DNA of 64,000 nucleotides, taken from positions 1,088,001 to 1,152,000 of the forward strand of contig CAWCFX010000001.1 in NCBI GenBank assembly GCA_963795085.1, read 5' to 3'. Under the pieces are notes generated by a model. That model saw nothing but the letters and a program-made list of their open reading frames with translations, did no database searches and was not told the DNA's origin. The position numbers and the translations under genes are program-made. Shown here in pieces: positions 30,866 through 41,152 of the stretch. Source of the stretch: an uncultured Gemmatimonadales bacterium. Lineage in GTDB: Bacteria; Gemmatimonadota; Gemmatimonadetes; Gemmatimonadales; GWC2-71-9. The first letter of the stretch is position 1; each line of letters opens with the position of its first letter.

Positions 30866-31959
30866 ACCGGCCTATGTGGCCCTTGCGCTGACGCCGGGGA
30901 TTGGCGCCGCGCGCCTGGCGACTCTGCTTCGCGTATTTGAAACTCCGGACGGCGCTCTTCAGGCGCCGTTCGCGTTTTTATGTACCCTGCCCGGAATCTC
31001 CCGAGCCGCGGCCACCGCTATCCGGTCGGCCCGGGCCGATGCGGGCGCCCGGGTGCTCGAGGCGATCGACCGGCTGGGGGCCCGGTGCCTGCTCCCGGGC
31101 GATCCCGATTTTCCCGCCGCCTTCGGCACCATACCGGATCCGCCGATTCTCCTGTTCGCCCAGGGACGCCTGGACCTGCTCGCCCGGCCCGCGGTCGCCA
31201 TCGTCGGGAGCCGGGATCACTCGAGCTATGGCGCGGAGGTCGCCGCACTGATCGCGGGCCGAGCCGCCGCGGCGGGCGTCGTCGTGGTGAGCGGGATGGC
31301 GCGGGGCCTCGACGCCGTGGCCCATGCCGCGGCGCTCGATGCGAAGGGCGGCACCATCGGGGTGCTCGGCAACGGGCTCGGCGTCATCTACCCGGCGGCC
31401 AACCGGCACCTCTACGAGCGGGTCTGCGCTGCGGGGGTGCTGCTGACCGAGTTTCCTCCAGGCGAACGGCCCCGGGTGGGCAGCTTTCCCCGCCGGAACC
31501 GGCTGATCAGCGGGCTGGGCCGGGTCACCGTGGTCATCGAGGCGGCGGCGGGATCGGGGACGCTCATCACGGTGGAGGCCGCGCTCGACCAGGGGCGCGA
31601 GGTGATGGCGGTTCCCGGGGCGATTACCAGTCCCACCTCGGTAGGTACCAACCGGCTGATTCGCGACGGCGCCAGCGCCTCTTCTCGAAGCCGGGGACCT
31701 GTTGCAGCACTACCCGGAGCTGGAGACAGCCCAGGTGCCGTTGCCACTTGCGTCCCCCTCGGTCCCGCCACCCCTGCCCGCATCATTGTCGGAAGGCGAA
31801 GCGCGGCTGGCCCGGTTGCTGGGACCGGACCCCGCGCACCTCGACTCCGTGGTCAAGGCGGCGGGTCTCTCGGCGGGCGAGGTGATGGCGGGCCTGAGCG
31901 GGCTCGAACTGGAAGGCGTGGTCGAGCAGCTGCCGGGATGGCGGTTCCGCCGGATCTGA
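30846..31959 (+). CDS. dprA: DNA-processing protein DprA (one indel near 31,680)
   Basis: AIVGSR, VSGMARGLD, FPRRNRLISGL and GTNRLIRDGA motifs; C-terminal winged helix (LELEGVVEQLPG) in ORF 31702-31959. Confidence 0.93.
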
Positions 31960-32114
31960 AATGCGGCGCCCCGAAGGGACGCAAGAAGGGAGACCCGGAA
32001 ATGCAACCCAGGCCAATGCCTCACCCCGCAGGGGCGCGAGAGCGCAAGGTCCTAACCTCACGCCCGACGACCCACGAGGCGCGCCGGGAGATTCAGGCGG
32101 CTCCGTGAGATCGA

Positions 32115-32529
32115 GAGACCTACGCGATCCTCTGCTACCATATCGTCTTCAGCACACAGTGGCGACGGCGAACAATCAAGAAGGAATGGTGCGCGCGATT
32201 GCATGAATTTCTGGGGGGGATGGTCCGGGGACAGGGTGGGCACGCCGTTGTGGGAGGGGTCGAGGACCACGTTCATATGCTGATCAACTTGAAACCAAAC
32301 CACCGGCTGTCGGACGTCATGAAGGAGGCCAAACACGAATCGTCGCGCTGGATTCACGAAAAGCCTGGGTGAACCAGGATTCCGCTGGCAAAAGGGTTAT
32401 GGGGCCTTTACGGTGAGTCCCTTGGCGTATCCGAAAGTCAAGGAATACATTCTCAATCAACGCAAACATCACGAGAGGAAGACATCTCGCCGGTCTCACG
32501 TCTCGCGCCGCTCCGCGGTGCCGGGGTGA
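32115..32529 (+). pseudogene. tnpA: IS200/IS605-type (RAYT-like) HUH Y1 transposase remnant
   Basis: Manual translation YHIVFST...GGVEDHVHML...SSRWIHE / FRWQKGYGAFTVS...YILNQRKHH; one frameshift, no clear start, C-terminus truncated. Confidence 0.85.
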
Positions 32530-32634
32530 CGTTGGGGTTTACATCTCACGTCTTGCGCCGCTCCGCGGCGTCGGGGTGATCGCCGGGGGTCGTACGTCTC
32601 ACGTCGCACGCCGCTCTCCGGCGCCGGGGGTGAT
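32494..32634 (+). repeat. Three ~50-bp tandem REP-like repeats
   Basis: TCTCACGTC..CGCCGCTC..CGG.G.CGGGGTGA starting at 32494, 32544 and 32597; internal GCGCCGC-TCC-GCGG(T/C)G hairpin. Confidence 0.8.
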
Positions 32635-32658
32635 CTCCCTTCCAATTACATTCCGCCC

Positions 32659-33807
32659 GTGCATCTCTACCTCCATGTCCCCTTTTGCGCCCGGCGCTGC
32701 AGCTACTGCGATTTTGCGATTGCCGTGCGCCGTACGGTGCCGGCCCGTGCTTATGCCGACCTGGTTATCCGGGAATGGCAGGCCTGGCAGGCCTCCCCGG
32801 CGTGGGACGGAGACATCGAGACGATCTATTTCGGCGGGGGTACTCCCTCGCTGCTCGATCCCGCCGAGCTGGAGCGGATGCTCGAGGCCTTTCGCCACCA
32901 GCGGCCGGTGGCTGCCGCTGCTGAGATTACGCTGGAGGCCAATCCGGACGATGTGTCGCCTGAGCGGGCCCGGGCCTGGCGCTTGCTGGGATTCAACCGG
33001 GTGTCGCTGGGAGTCCAGTCCTTCGATCCGGGCGTGCTGCAATGGATGCACCGCACCCACACATCGGAGGATGTGCCCCGCGCCGTCGCCGCCCTCCGCG
33101 CCGCGGGGTTCGCCAACCTGTCGCTCGACCTGATTTTCGCCCTTCCCGCGCACCTGGGCCGGGACTGGTCACGTGACCTGTCCCTCGCGCTGGCATTGGG
33201 GCCGGAGCATCTCTCCCTTTACGGCCTCACCGTGGAAGAGCGTACCCCGCTGGCCCGCTGGGTGGCCCGGGGTGAGACCATCCGGTCTGATGACAGCGCC
33301 TACGCCGGTGAGTTCCTGGAGGCCGATGCCGCGATGCGGCAGGCCGGTTTTGAGCATTACGAGGTTTCCAACGCGGCCCGGCCGGGATTTCGGTCCCGCC
33401 ATAACAGCGCCTACTGGCACCGGCGACCCTTTATTGGCCTGGGCCCATCCGCCCACAGCGGCTGGGACAACCAGCGCCGCTGGAACATCCGGGAGTGGAG
33501 CGCCTACGAGCGGGCGGTCAGTGAGGGCCGGCCGGCGATGGAGGGCGAGGAGCACCTCGACGAGTCCGCGGTGGCCCTGGAGACCCTCTATCTGGGCCTG
33601 CGCACCACGGAAGGTGTCCCCCAATCCTCGGTGCCCAAGGACCAAGCCGACGCGTGGACTGCGGCCGGCTGGGCCCAGCGCTACGAGGGCCGACTCCGCC
33701 TGACGCCCGAAGGGTGGCTCCGGCTGGATGCCCTGGTGGCGTCGGTGGAGATGGCCCGAAGCTTCCCCACCGGCTTAGGTTTGGGTCATGACCGAACCTC
33801 TGACTGA
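32659..33807 (+). CDS. hemW: Radical SAM heme chaperone HemW
   Basis: LYLHVPFCARRCSYCDF, YFGGGTPS, EANP, YEVSN and HNSAYW motifs; upstream of hrcA. Confidence 0.93.
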   Translation: MHLYLHVPFCARRCSYCDFAIAVRRTVPARAYADLVIREWQAWQASPAWDGDIETIYFGGGTPSLLDPAELERMLEAFRHQRPVAAAAEITLEANPDDVSPERARAWRLLGFNRVSLGVQSFDPGVLQWMHRTHTSEDVPRAVAALRAAGFANLSLDLIFALPAHLGRDWSRDLSLALALGPEHLSLYGLTVEERTPLARWVARGETIRSDDSAYAGEFLEADAAMRQAGFEHYEVSNAARPGFRSRHNSAYWHRRPFIGLGPSAHSGWDNQRRWNIREWSAYERAVSEGRPAMEGEEHLDESAVALETLYLGLRTTEGVPQSSVPKDQADAWTAAGWAQRYEGRLRLTPEGWLRLDALVASVEMARSFPTGLGLGHDRTSD

Positions 33808-34819
33808 GCGGCAGCTTCGGGTGCTGGAGGCTGTCGTCCAGACGTATATCCAGACGGCGGAACCCGCCGGCAGCCAGACCATTGCCAGCCGGTTCGGGCT
33901 GGGCGTGTCTTCGGCCACCATCCGGAACACGATGAGCGAGCTGGAGGAGAAGGGGTACCTGTTTCATCCCCATACCTCGGCCGGCCGGATTCCCACCGAC
34001 CGGGCCTACCGGCTCTACGTGGACAACCTGATCCGGCTCAGCCCGCCCAGCCACAAGGACCAGACCACGCTCCGGCAGGAGCTCCCCCAGGCCAGGAGCG
34101 AGGTTGAAGAGATCCTGAGCCGCGCCGCTCAGGCGCTCAGCGTGCTCACCGCGGAGCTCGGCGTGGCGGTGGCGCCCGCGCTGGACAGCCTGGTGCTGGA
34201 GCGGCTGGAGCTGGTGCAGGTCTCGTCCGAGCGGCTGCTGCTGGTGTTCAACCTGCGAAGCGGAGTGGTCCGGACCCTCTTCGTCCAGGTTCCGTCCACT
34301 ATGGCGGCGGAATCGGTGCACCGGGTCGCCCAGGTTCTGAACGAGCGTCTCGCCGGGTTGACTCTGCAGGAGATCCGGAACACGCTGGGCGAGCGGCTTC
34401 GCGACTGGGACCACAGCGTCGAGGGTACCCGGCTGCTCAACATATTCATTGAAGAGGGCGACGAGATCTTCGACCTTTCGGCCGGGCGCAGTACCCTGGT
34501 CCTGGGCACCGCCCAGCGGCTGGCGGAACAGCCGGAGTTCGCGTCCAACACCCGGATGCGGGACCTGCTGGAACTGACCGAACGGCGCGACCTGCTCAAG
34601 ACCGCCCTGGAAGCCCGCCGGACCGGCGGCCTCAGCATCAGCATCGGCGCCGAGAACCTGAACCCCCGGCTCACCGATTTTACGCTGGTGACGTCGTCCT
34701 ACCGGGCCGGGGACCTCACCGGTGTCATCGGCGTCCTTGGACCGACCCGGATGCCCTACGAAAAGATCATTGGCCTGGTGGCCCACACCACCCGATTGGT
34801 GGAAGGTTTGCTTGAATGA
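33788..34819 (+). CDS. hrcA: Heat-inducible transcription repressor HrcA
   Basis: SSATIRNTMSELE, HPHTSAGRIPTDRAYR and GVLGPTRMPY motifs. Confidence 0.97.
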   Translation: MTEPLTERQLRVLEAVVQTYIQTAEPAGSQTIASRFGLGVSSATIRNTMSELEEKGYLFHPHTSAGRIPTDRAYRLYVDNLIRLSPPSHKDQTTLRQELPQARSEVEEILSRAAQALSVLTAELGVAVAPALDSLVLERLELVQVSSERLLLVFNLRSGVVRTLFVQVPSTMAAESVHRVAQVLNERLAGLTLQEIRNTLGERLRDWDHSVEGTRLLNIFIEEGDEIFDLSAGRSTLVLGTAQRLAEQPEFASNTRMRDLLELTERRDLLKTALEARRTGGLSISIGAENLNPRLTDFTLVTSSYRAGDLTGVIGVLGPTRMPYEKIIGLVAHTTRLVEGLLE

Positions 34820-35940
34820 GTGAGTTCTATCGTTTGCTCGACGTGTCCCGTGAAGCCTCCGAGGCCGAGATCAAGAAGGCCTACCGGAAGCTGGCGATGG
34901 AGTACCATCCCGACCGCAACCGGCAAGCGGGCGCCGAGGAGAAGTTCAAGGAGATCACCGAGGCGTACCAGGTCCTTTGCGATCCCCAGAAACGCGCGCT
35001 CTACGACCGCTACGGCAAGGCGGGCGTGGAGCGGGGCGGAGGCGGGTTTCACCACGTGGATCTCAGCGAGGCGCTCAACATTTTCATGCGCGACTTCGGG
35101 GGATTCGGCGGGTTCGAATCGTTCTTTGGCGGCGGCCGCAGCCAGGAGGACCACCGGCGGGGCCAGGACATCCGGGTCACGGTGAAGCTGACCCTGGCCG
35201 AGGTCGCGACGGGCATCAAGCGGACGCTCAAGCTCAAGACCCTCGACCGCTGCACCCAGTGCGAGGGAAACGGCGCGGCCCGGGGCACCCGGCCGGTGGC
35301 CTGCTCCACCTGCAGCGGCAGCGGGGAAGTCCGCCGCGCCACCCGCAGCATGTTCGGCCAGTTCGTATCGGTGCAGCCCTGCCCGACCTGCGCCGGCGAG
35401 GGAGAGGTCATCACCTCCCCGTGCGAGGTGTGCCGCGGCGAAGGCCGCGTCAAGTCGGACAAGACCGTCTCGGTCGAGGTCCCGCCCGGCGTCTCCAGCA
35501 ACAATTACCTGACCCTCCGGGGGCAGGGAGCCGCCGGCCCGCGCAACGGGCCCAACGGCGATCTCCTGGTGCTGCTGGAAATCAAGGACGACGAACGGTT
35601 CGAGCGCTCCGGGGACGACCTCATCTTCGACCTCCCGCTCGCCTTCTCGCAGGTGGCCCTGGGCGGTGTGTTCCTGGTCCCGAGCGCCACCGGCGAAGAG
35701 GAGGTCACCGTGGCACCGGGGACCCAGACGGGCACCATCATCCGTCTCAAGCACAAGGGGCTTCCCCATCTGGGCCAGGACGGCAGGGGCGATCTCCACA
35801 TCCGGATCCACGTCTGGACCCCGGAATCGCTCTCCCCCGAGCAGGAACGCCTGTTCCGGGAACTGTCCGCCCTGGAGGGAGAGCCGCCGCGGCGCAGCGC
35901 AGGGTTCTGGACCCGGGTCAAGGAAGCCCTGCGCGCGTGA
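34816..35940 (+). CDS. dnaJ: Chaperone DnaJ
   Basis: J-domain HPD, G/F region, four CxxCxGxG repeats. Confidence 0.97.
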   Translation: MSEFYRLLDVSREASEAEIKKAYRKLAMEYHPDRNRQAGAEEKFKEITEAYQVLCDPQKRALYDRYGKAGVERGGGGFHHVDLSEALNIFMRDFGGFGGFESFFGGGRSQEDHRRGQDIRVTVKLTLAEVATGIKRTLKLKTLDRCTQCEGNGAARGTRPVACSTCSGSGEVRRATRSMFGQFVSVQPCPTCAGEGEVITSPCEVCRGEGRVKSDKTVSVEVPPGVSSNNYLTLRGQGAAGPRNGPNGDLLVLLEIKDDERFERSGDDLIFDLPLAFSQVALGGVFLVPSATGEEEVTVAPGTQTGTIIRLKHKGLPHLGQDGRGDLHIRIHVWTPESLSPEQERLFRELSALEGEPPRRSAGFWTRVKEALRA

Positions 35941-36764
35941 GCTGGTGGGCGCTGGATATTCGCCCTGGACGGCATGACCAGCAGCAGCTCGCCGCCTGGC
36001 TGGTGGAGCGTACCGGCCAGTCGGTGGAGGAGCGCGACGACGGCACGGTCGTCACCTTCGCCCCCGATGGGGACAGTGCCGACCAGCTGGTCTCGGCCAT
36101 CGCCAAGTACGACCGGGAGACTCGGGTCACCCGGCGGGCGCTGGAGGATCACGACTGGTCGGTCCGCTGGCGCGACGGCCTGGGCCCCCGCCGCCTGGGC
36201 CGGCTGGTGATCGTGCCCTCCTGGATTCCCTACGCCGCCGGGCCGGACGACGCGGTGGTCATCATCGATCCCGAAACCGCGTTCGGCAGCGGCGAACATG
36301 GCTCCACCCGGGCGGCGCTCACCCTGCTGGAGCGCCACCTGCGGCCGGGCGACCGGGTCCTCGACCTGGGCAGCGGCAGCGGCATTCTCGCGATCGCCGC
36401 CGCCCGGCTGGGCGCCCGCACCGCTGTGGGCATCGAGATCGACCCGGAAGCCGCCCCGGTGGCGGAGAAAAACGCCGAACGCAACACGGTCCAGGACCGC
36501 ACCCGCTTCCTCACCGAGGACGCGGTGGTCGCGCCGCTTCTCGGCCCCGTGGACCTGGTCTGTTCCAACATCCTGCGCCTGATCAACGAGGGGTTCCTGC
36601 CCGAAATCCGGCTCGCCCTGCGCCCCGGCGGCTTGGCGATCTTCTCGGGGATGCAGGCGGACGAAGCGGACCTCTTCCGGCCGGCGCTGATGCGGGCCGG
36701 GTTTACCGTGAAGGACGAGATCGTGGACGAAGCGTGGTGGGCGGTGGTGGGTAGTCGGGCATGA
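35937..36764 (+). CDS. prmA: 50S ribosomal protein L11 methyltransferase
   Basis: C-terminal part of ORF 34977-36764 from GTG 35937; IDPETAFGSGEHGST and VLDLGSGSGIL motifs. Confidence 0.93.
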   Translation: MSWWALDIRPGRHDQQQLAAWLVERTGQSVEERDDGTVVTFAPDGDSADQLVSAIAKYDRETRVTRRALEDHDWSVRWRDGLGPRRLGRLVIVPSWIPYAAGPDDAVVIIDPETAFGSGEHGSTRAALTLLERHLRPGDRVLDLGSGSGILAIAAARLGARTAVGIEIDPEAAPVAEKNAERNTVQDRTRFLTEDAVVAPLLGPVDLVCSNILRLINEGFLPEIRLALRPGGLAIFSGMQADEADLFRPALMRAGFTVKDEIVDEAWWAVVGSRA

Positions 36765-37459
36765 TTACCGTGCTCGCCGAGCCGGGCATGATCAAGGTCG
36801 GTGCCCTGCTGGCGCTGGACCCCCAGGAAGCCCACCACCTCCAGGTGCGGCGGGCCGCCTCGGGCGACAGCATCCGCCTGATTGACGGGCGGGGGACCGT
36901 GGGGACCGGCGTCGTCAGCCTGGCCAGGAAGGAAGCCCGGGTCGAGGTGCGGGAGGCGGTGACCTTCCCCCCTCCCGCGCCGCTCCTTCTCGGCGTCGGC
37001 GGCGGAGACCGGGAGCGGTTTGCCTGGATGGTCGAGAAGTGCGCCGAACTGGGCGTGACCGCCATCGTGCCGCTCACGACCACGCGCTCCGCCAATGTCG
37101 CGGGCCGGATCCGGCCCGAGCACAGCCTGAAGCTGGCCCGGCGGGCGCTCGAAGCCTGCAAGCAGTCGGGCAACCCCTGGACTACCGCCGTCGATTCTCC
37201 CATGGAACTGGAGACCTTCCTGGCGTCCCTCTCCGCCTCCACCAGGCTCGCGGCCGAGCCGGGCGGAGCCCCGGTGCCGCCGACCGGGGCGGGCGAATCG
37301 ATCGCGGTGCTCATCGGGCCCGAGGGTGGCTGGACCACCGGGGAAACCGCCGCCAGCCGTCAGGCCGGCTTCATCGCGGTGAGTCTCGCCCCGCATACGC
37401 TGCGCTTCGAGACCGCGGCCGTCGCCGCGGCCGCGCTCATTGTTTCCCGGAGGTCCTGA
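36761..37459 (+). CDS. rsmE: 16S rRNA m3U1498 methyltransferase
   Basis: HHLQVRR, EKCAELGV, IGPEGG and LRFETA motifs. Confidence 0.93.
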   Translation: MITVLAEPGMIKVGALLALDPQEAHHLQVRRAASGDSIRLIDGRGTVGTGVVSLARKEARVEVREAVTFPPPAPLLLGVGGGDRERFAWMVEKCAELGVTAIVPLTTTRSANVAGRIRPEHSLKLARRALEACKQSGNPWTTAVDSPMELETFLASLSASTRLAAEPGGAPVPPTGAGESIAVLIGPEGGWTTGETAASRQAGFIAVSLAPHTLRFETAAVAAAALIVSRRS

Positions 37460-37462
37460 GCC

Positions 37463-37813
37463 ATGGCAACCGATTGCGTGTTCTGCCGGATCGTATCGGG
37501 AGAGATTCCCGCCACCATCGTCCGGCGGTCGCCCCACGCGGTGGCCTTCCGCGACCTCGATCCCAAGGCGCCATCGCACGTACTGGTGATTCCGACGACG
37601 CACGTCGCCGCGGTCCGCGACGCGGACGGTCCCGGGGGGGAGCTCCTGCTCGGGCGCCTGCTTGCGTTCGCGGCCGAGGTGGCTACCGGACTGGGCCTGG
37701 ATGAGGGAGGATACCGCATCGTCACCAACACCGGTTCCGATGGCGGCCAGTCGGTCTTTCACCTGCACTTGCACCTGCTGGGCGGCCGCCGGCTCGGCTG
37801 GCCTCCGGGATGA
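37463..37813 (+). CDS. hinT: Histidine triad nucleotide-binding protein
   Basis: DCVFCRI, GQSVFHLHLHLLGG. Confidence 0.93.
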   Translation: MATDCVFCRIVSGEIPATIVRRSPHAVAFRDLDPKAPSHVLVIPTTHVAAVRDADGPGGELLLGRLLAFAAEVATGLGLDEGGYRIVTNTGSDGGQSVFHLHLHLLGGRRLGWPPG

Positions 37814-38217
37814 GCGACCCGGTGCTCCTCTACGACGGCGTGTGCGGCTTCTGCAATGACAGCGTCCAGTTCATCCTTCGCCATGAATCGCGGCGCGACC
37901 TGCGGTTTGCCGCCTTGCAGGGGCACCATGCCGCGGGCGTGATCGCCCGGCACGCCGAGCTTCTCGAGGTGGACTCCCTCATCTGGGTGGAAGGCCGGGA
38001 CGGGGCGGAAATCGTAAAGGTCCGGTCCGCCGCGGCCCTCGCCGTGGCCGCCTACCTGGGCGGCGCCTGGCGCGCGCTGCTGGCGCTCTGGCTGGTGCCC
38101 CGGCCTCTGCGCGACTGGGGATACGACCTCTTCGCCCGCCACCGGTACCGGTTCTTCGGCCGCCATGCGAGCTGTCCGGTTCCCCCGCCGGAACTGCGGG
38201 CGCGCTTTCTCGGGTAG
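37810..38217 (+). CDS. DCC1/DUF393-family thiol-disulfide oxidoreductase
   Basis: LYDGVCGFC, FAALQ and RHRYRFFG motifs. Confidence 0.9.
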   Translation: MSDPVLLYDGVCGFCNDSVQFILRHESRRDLRFAALQGHHAAGVIARHAELLEVDSLIWVEGRDGAEIVKVRSAAALAVAAYLGGAWRALLALWLVPRPLRDWGYDLFARHRYRFFGRHASCPVPPPELRARFLG

Positions 38218-38261
38218 GGGCGTCCTCTTATCTTTCCCGCCCTACCCCTTGTGAGGACCTC

Positions 38262-38711
38262 GTGGCGCCACCCCTTTCCATCGCGACCCGGCTGCAGGAA
38301 TCGCTCAACGCGGCCCGCAAGGCCCAGGACAAGCCGCGGCTGCTGCTGGTGGGAACCATTCTGGCGGCGATCAAGAATCGGGAGATCGAACTGGCCCGCT
38401 CGCCTTCCGAGGAGGAAGTCATCGAGGTCCTCCGTCGCGGCATCAAGACCCGGCGCGAGTCGGTGGAACAGTATCGCAAAGGCGGGCGCCCGGAGCTGGC
38501 CGACCAGGAAGCCGCCGAGATCGCCATCCTCCAGGAGTATCTCCCGGCGGACGTAGATCCGGCCGAGATCCGTGCCGCGGTGAAGAGCGCCATCGCGTCC
38601 GGCGCCGGCGACGTGGGGAAGGTGATGGCCCAGGTGATGCCGAAGTTCAAGGGCCGGGCCGATGGCAAGGTGATCACCGAGATCGTGCGCGAGGAACTGC
38701 AGACCGGATGA
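38262..38711 (+). CDS. GatB/YqeY domain protein
   Basis: KTRRESVEQYRKGGRPELADQE...YLP...GKVM...GRADG. Confidence 0.92.
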   Translation: MAPPLSIATRLQESLNAARKAQDKPRLLLVGTILAAIKNREIELARSPSEEEVIEVLRRGIKTRRESVEQYRKGGRPELADQEAAEIAILQEYLPADVDPAEIRAAVKSAIASGAGDVGKVMAQVMPKFKGRADGKVITEIVREELQTG

Positions 38712-41152
38712 CCGGGACGACCGCCGCCGAGACGACCGGGGTGCCAGCGATGGACACTGGCACCCCGGTGTCGTTGGCGCCCGACGTCTTCGCCGATGCG
38801 CTCGAGTCGCTGGAGTTTGCCGCCGTGCTGGACCGGGTCGCCGGCCACGCGGCCGGCCCCCTTGGGGCGGCGGTGATCCGTACCCGCCCTCCCACTGGAG
38901 ACATCGCCTGGATCGAGGGTGAACTGGCCCTGGTCGATGACGCGGCCGGGCTCATCCGGACCCGGCAGGGGGTGGCCGCGGAATCGGTCCCCGACATCAG
39001 CCGGGCGCTGAGCCGGCTCGGCATTGATGGAAGCGTACTCGAGATCGGCGAGATGATCGCGATCCGGCGGGCGCTGGCGGCCGCCCGCCTGGTCGCCGCC
39101 GAACTCAAGCGGGTCGAGAAGGATGCCCCCCGCCTCGCCCTGCTGGGCCGGCCGCTGCCATCCCGGACCGTCGAGAAACGGCTTGAGCAGTCGTTCGATA
39201 CGGACGGCTACCTGCTCGATACCGCGAGCCCCGGGCTGGCGGCGGCCCGGAAAGACGTCCGTGCCGCCCGGGACCGGCTGGTGAAGCGACTGGAGTCCCT
39301 GCTCAAGGCCGCCGAAGGGTCCGGCGCCGAGGGCTCGGTGACGGTGCGCAACGGCCGCTACGTCATCCCGCTTCGCCGCGACGCCCGGAGCCGCCCCGGC
39401 GGCATCGTCCACGGGGAGTCGGCGAGCGGGGGCACGCTCTTCGTCGAACCGGCCGAGGCGATCGAGCTGGGGAACGCGCTCCGCGCCGCCGAGGCGGCCG
39501 AGGAGCGGGAGGTGCTCAGGGTGCTGCGCGAACTGACTGAGCTGGTGCGGCCCGAGGCGGCGGTGATTCGCGAGGCGCAGGCCATGTGCGTGCGGGTGGA
39601 CGAGGTCGTCGCGCGCGGCAGGTATGCCGTGGCGGTGGACGGGCAGCGGCCCGCGGTTCGCGCCGCCGGAAGCGACATTACAATCCGGCACGGCCGCCAC
39701 CCGCTGCTGTTCGGGGACCGGGAGGTCATTCCCTTTGACCTCGACCTGGCGGGCGGGGAACGGACCGTGCTGATCAGCGGCCCCAACACCGGCGGCAAGA
39801 CCGTCCTGCTCAAGGCGGTCGGGCTGATCTCGGCCCTGAGCCAGTGCGGCATTATCCCTCCGGTCGGAGCGGGCACCGCGCTCCCGGTGTTCCTGAGCTT
39901 TTTCGCCGACATCGGGGACCGCCAGTCCATCGCGGCGAGTCTTTCCACCTTCAGCGCCCACGTCAAGGCGCTCCGCGATATCCTCGAGCACGCCGATGGG
40001 GCCAGTCTTATTCTGCTGGACGAGGTCGGCAGCGGCACCGACCCCGCCGAGGGGGCCGCCCTGGCGGCGGCCGCCCTGCTCTCGCTCACCGGCCGCCGCG
40101 CGCTGACGCTGGCCTCCACCCACCTCGGCACCCTCAAGCAGCTGGCCTCAGTCTCGCCGGGGGTGGTGAATGCCTCGCTGGAGTTCGACGCCGCGTCGCT
40201 GTCCCCCACCTACCGGTTCCTCAAGGGGGTGCCGGGGCGATCCTACGGCCTGGCGATCGCCCGCCGGTTGGGGGTGCCGGAGCCGGTGCTGGCCGCCGCC
40301 GAGGCGCAGGTGCCCGATACGGAGCGCCATCTCGATGCCGTCCTGGCCGCCGCCGAGCAGCGGGAACGGGAGATGAACGCGCGCCAGCAGGCCATGGAAG
40401 AGCGGGCCTCGGGGCTGGAGATGCTGGCCGCCCGGCTCACCGCGCAGGCCGGGATCCAGGAGCAGAGAGAGGTGGAGCTCCGGAAACGGGAGCGGGACGC
40501 CGAGAAGCAGGCTCGCAAGGAATCGAAGACCTATCTCCTGGAGGCGCGCCGGCGCGTCGAGGCCGCCATCTCCACGGTGCAGTCGGGCGCGGCCGAGACG
40601 ACTTCCCGGGAGGCGAGGCGGCTGGTGGAGGAGGGGATCAAGGCGGAGGCCGAGGCCCTGGACCAGGTGGAACAGGCGGAACGGGACGGCCGCACCGCGG
40701 CGCCGGTCTCGATCGGGCAGCGGGTCCGGATCGGGGCAGGCAGCGTGGGCCAGGTCAGGAAGCTCCGCTCCGACGGGAAGCTGGAGGTGATGGTGGGTGC
40801 CATGCGCATGATCGTTGACCCGGCGGGGGTCACCCCGCTCGGGGCGGAGGCCGAGGTGCCGGCGGCTCGCCCGGCGGCCCCGTCGCGGGACCCGGTCACG
40901 CGGGAATCGCCGTCGGAAGTAGATCTTCGCGGCATGACCGGCGAGGAGGCCGAAGCGGCGACCGAACAGGCGGTGGACGCGGCCTTCCTCGCCGAACGCC
41001 CCTTCCTGCGTATTATTCACGGCATGGGGACCGGGGTCGTGCGCGAGCGGGTGCGCCGGGTCGTATCCGCGGACCGGCGGGTCGCGAAATTCGGATTCGC
41101 CCCCGCCAACCAGGGCGGCACCGGGGTCACCATCGTGGAGTTCGCGGAATGA
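38708..41152 (+). CDS. mutS2: Endonuclease MutS2
   Basis: SGPNTGGKT, DIGDRQSI, STFSAH, DEVGSGTDP; C-terminal Smr domain (DLRG, IIHGMGTG). Confidence 0.96.
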   Translation: MTGTTAAETTGVPAMDTGTPVSLAPDVFADALESLEFAAVLDRVAGHAAGPLGAAVIRTRPPTGDIAWIEGELALVDDAAGLIRTRQGVAAESVPDISRALSRLGIDGSVLEIGEMIAIRRALAAARLVAAELKRVEKDAPRLALLGRPLPSRTVEKRLEQSFDTDGYLLDTASPGLAAARKDVRAARDRLVKRLESLLKAAEGSGAEGSVTVRNGRYVIPLRRDARSRPGGIVHGESASGGTLFVEPAEAIELGNALRAAEAAEEREVLRVLRELTELVRPEAAVIREAQAMCVRVDEVVARGRYAVAVDGQRPAVRAAGSDITIRHGRHPLLFGDREVIPFDLDLAGGERTVLISGPNTGGKTVLLKAVGLISALSQCGIIPPVGAGTALPVFLSFFADIGDRQSIAASLSTFSAHVKALRDILEHADGASLILLDEVGSGTDPAEGAALAAAALLSLTGRRALTLASTHLGTLKQLASVSPGVVNASLEFDAASLSPTYRFLKGVPGRSYGLAIARRLGVPEPVLAAAEAQVPDTERHLDAVLAAAEQREREMNARQQAMEERASGLEMLAARLTAQAGIQEQREVELRKRERDAEKQARKESKTYLLEARRRVEAAISTVQSGAAETTSREARRLVEEGIKAEAEALDQVEQAERDGRTAAPVSIGQRVRIGAGSVGQVRKLRSDGKLEVMVGAMRMIVDPAGVTPLGAEAEVPAARPAAPSRDPVTRESPSEVDLRGMTGEEAEAATEQAVDAAFLAERPFLRIIHGMGTGVVRERVRRVVSADRRVAKFGFAPANQGGTGVTIVEFAE

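Noticed and set aside
32494..32634. Mini CRISPR array
   Set aside because: Intervening segments are only ~15 nt and resemble each other, the repeats are degenerate, and there are no cas genes.
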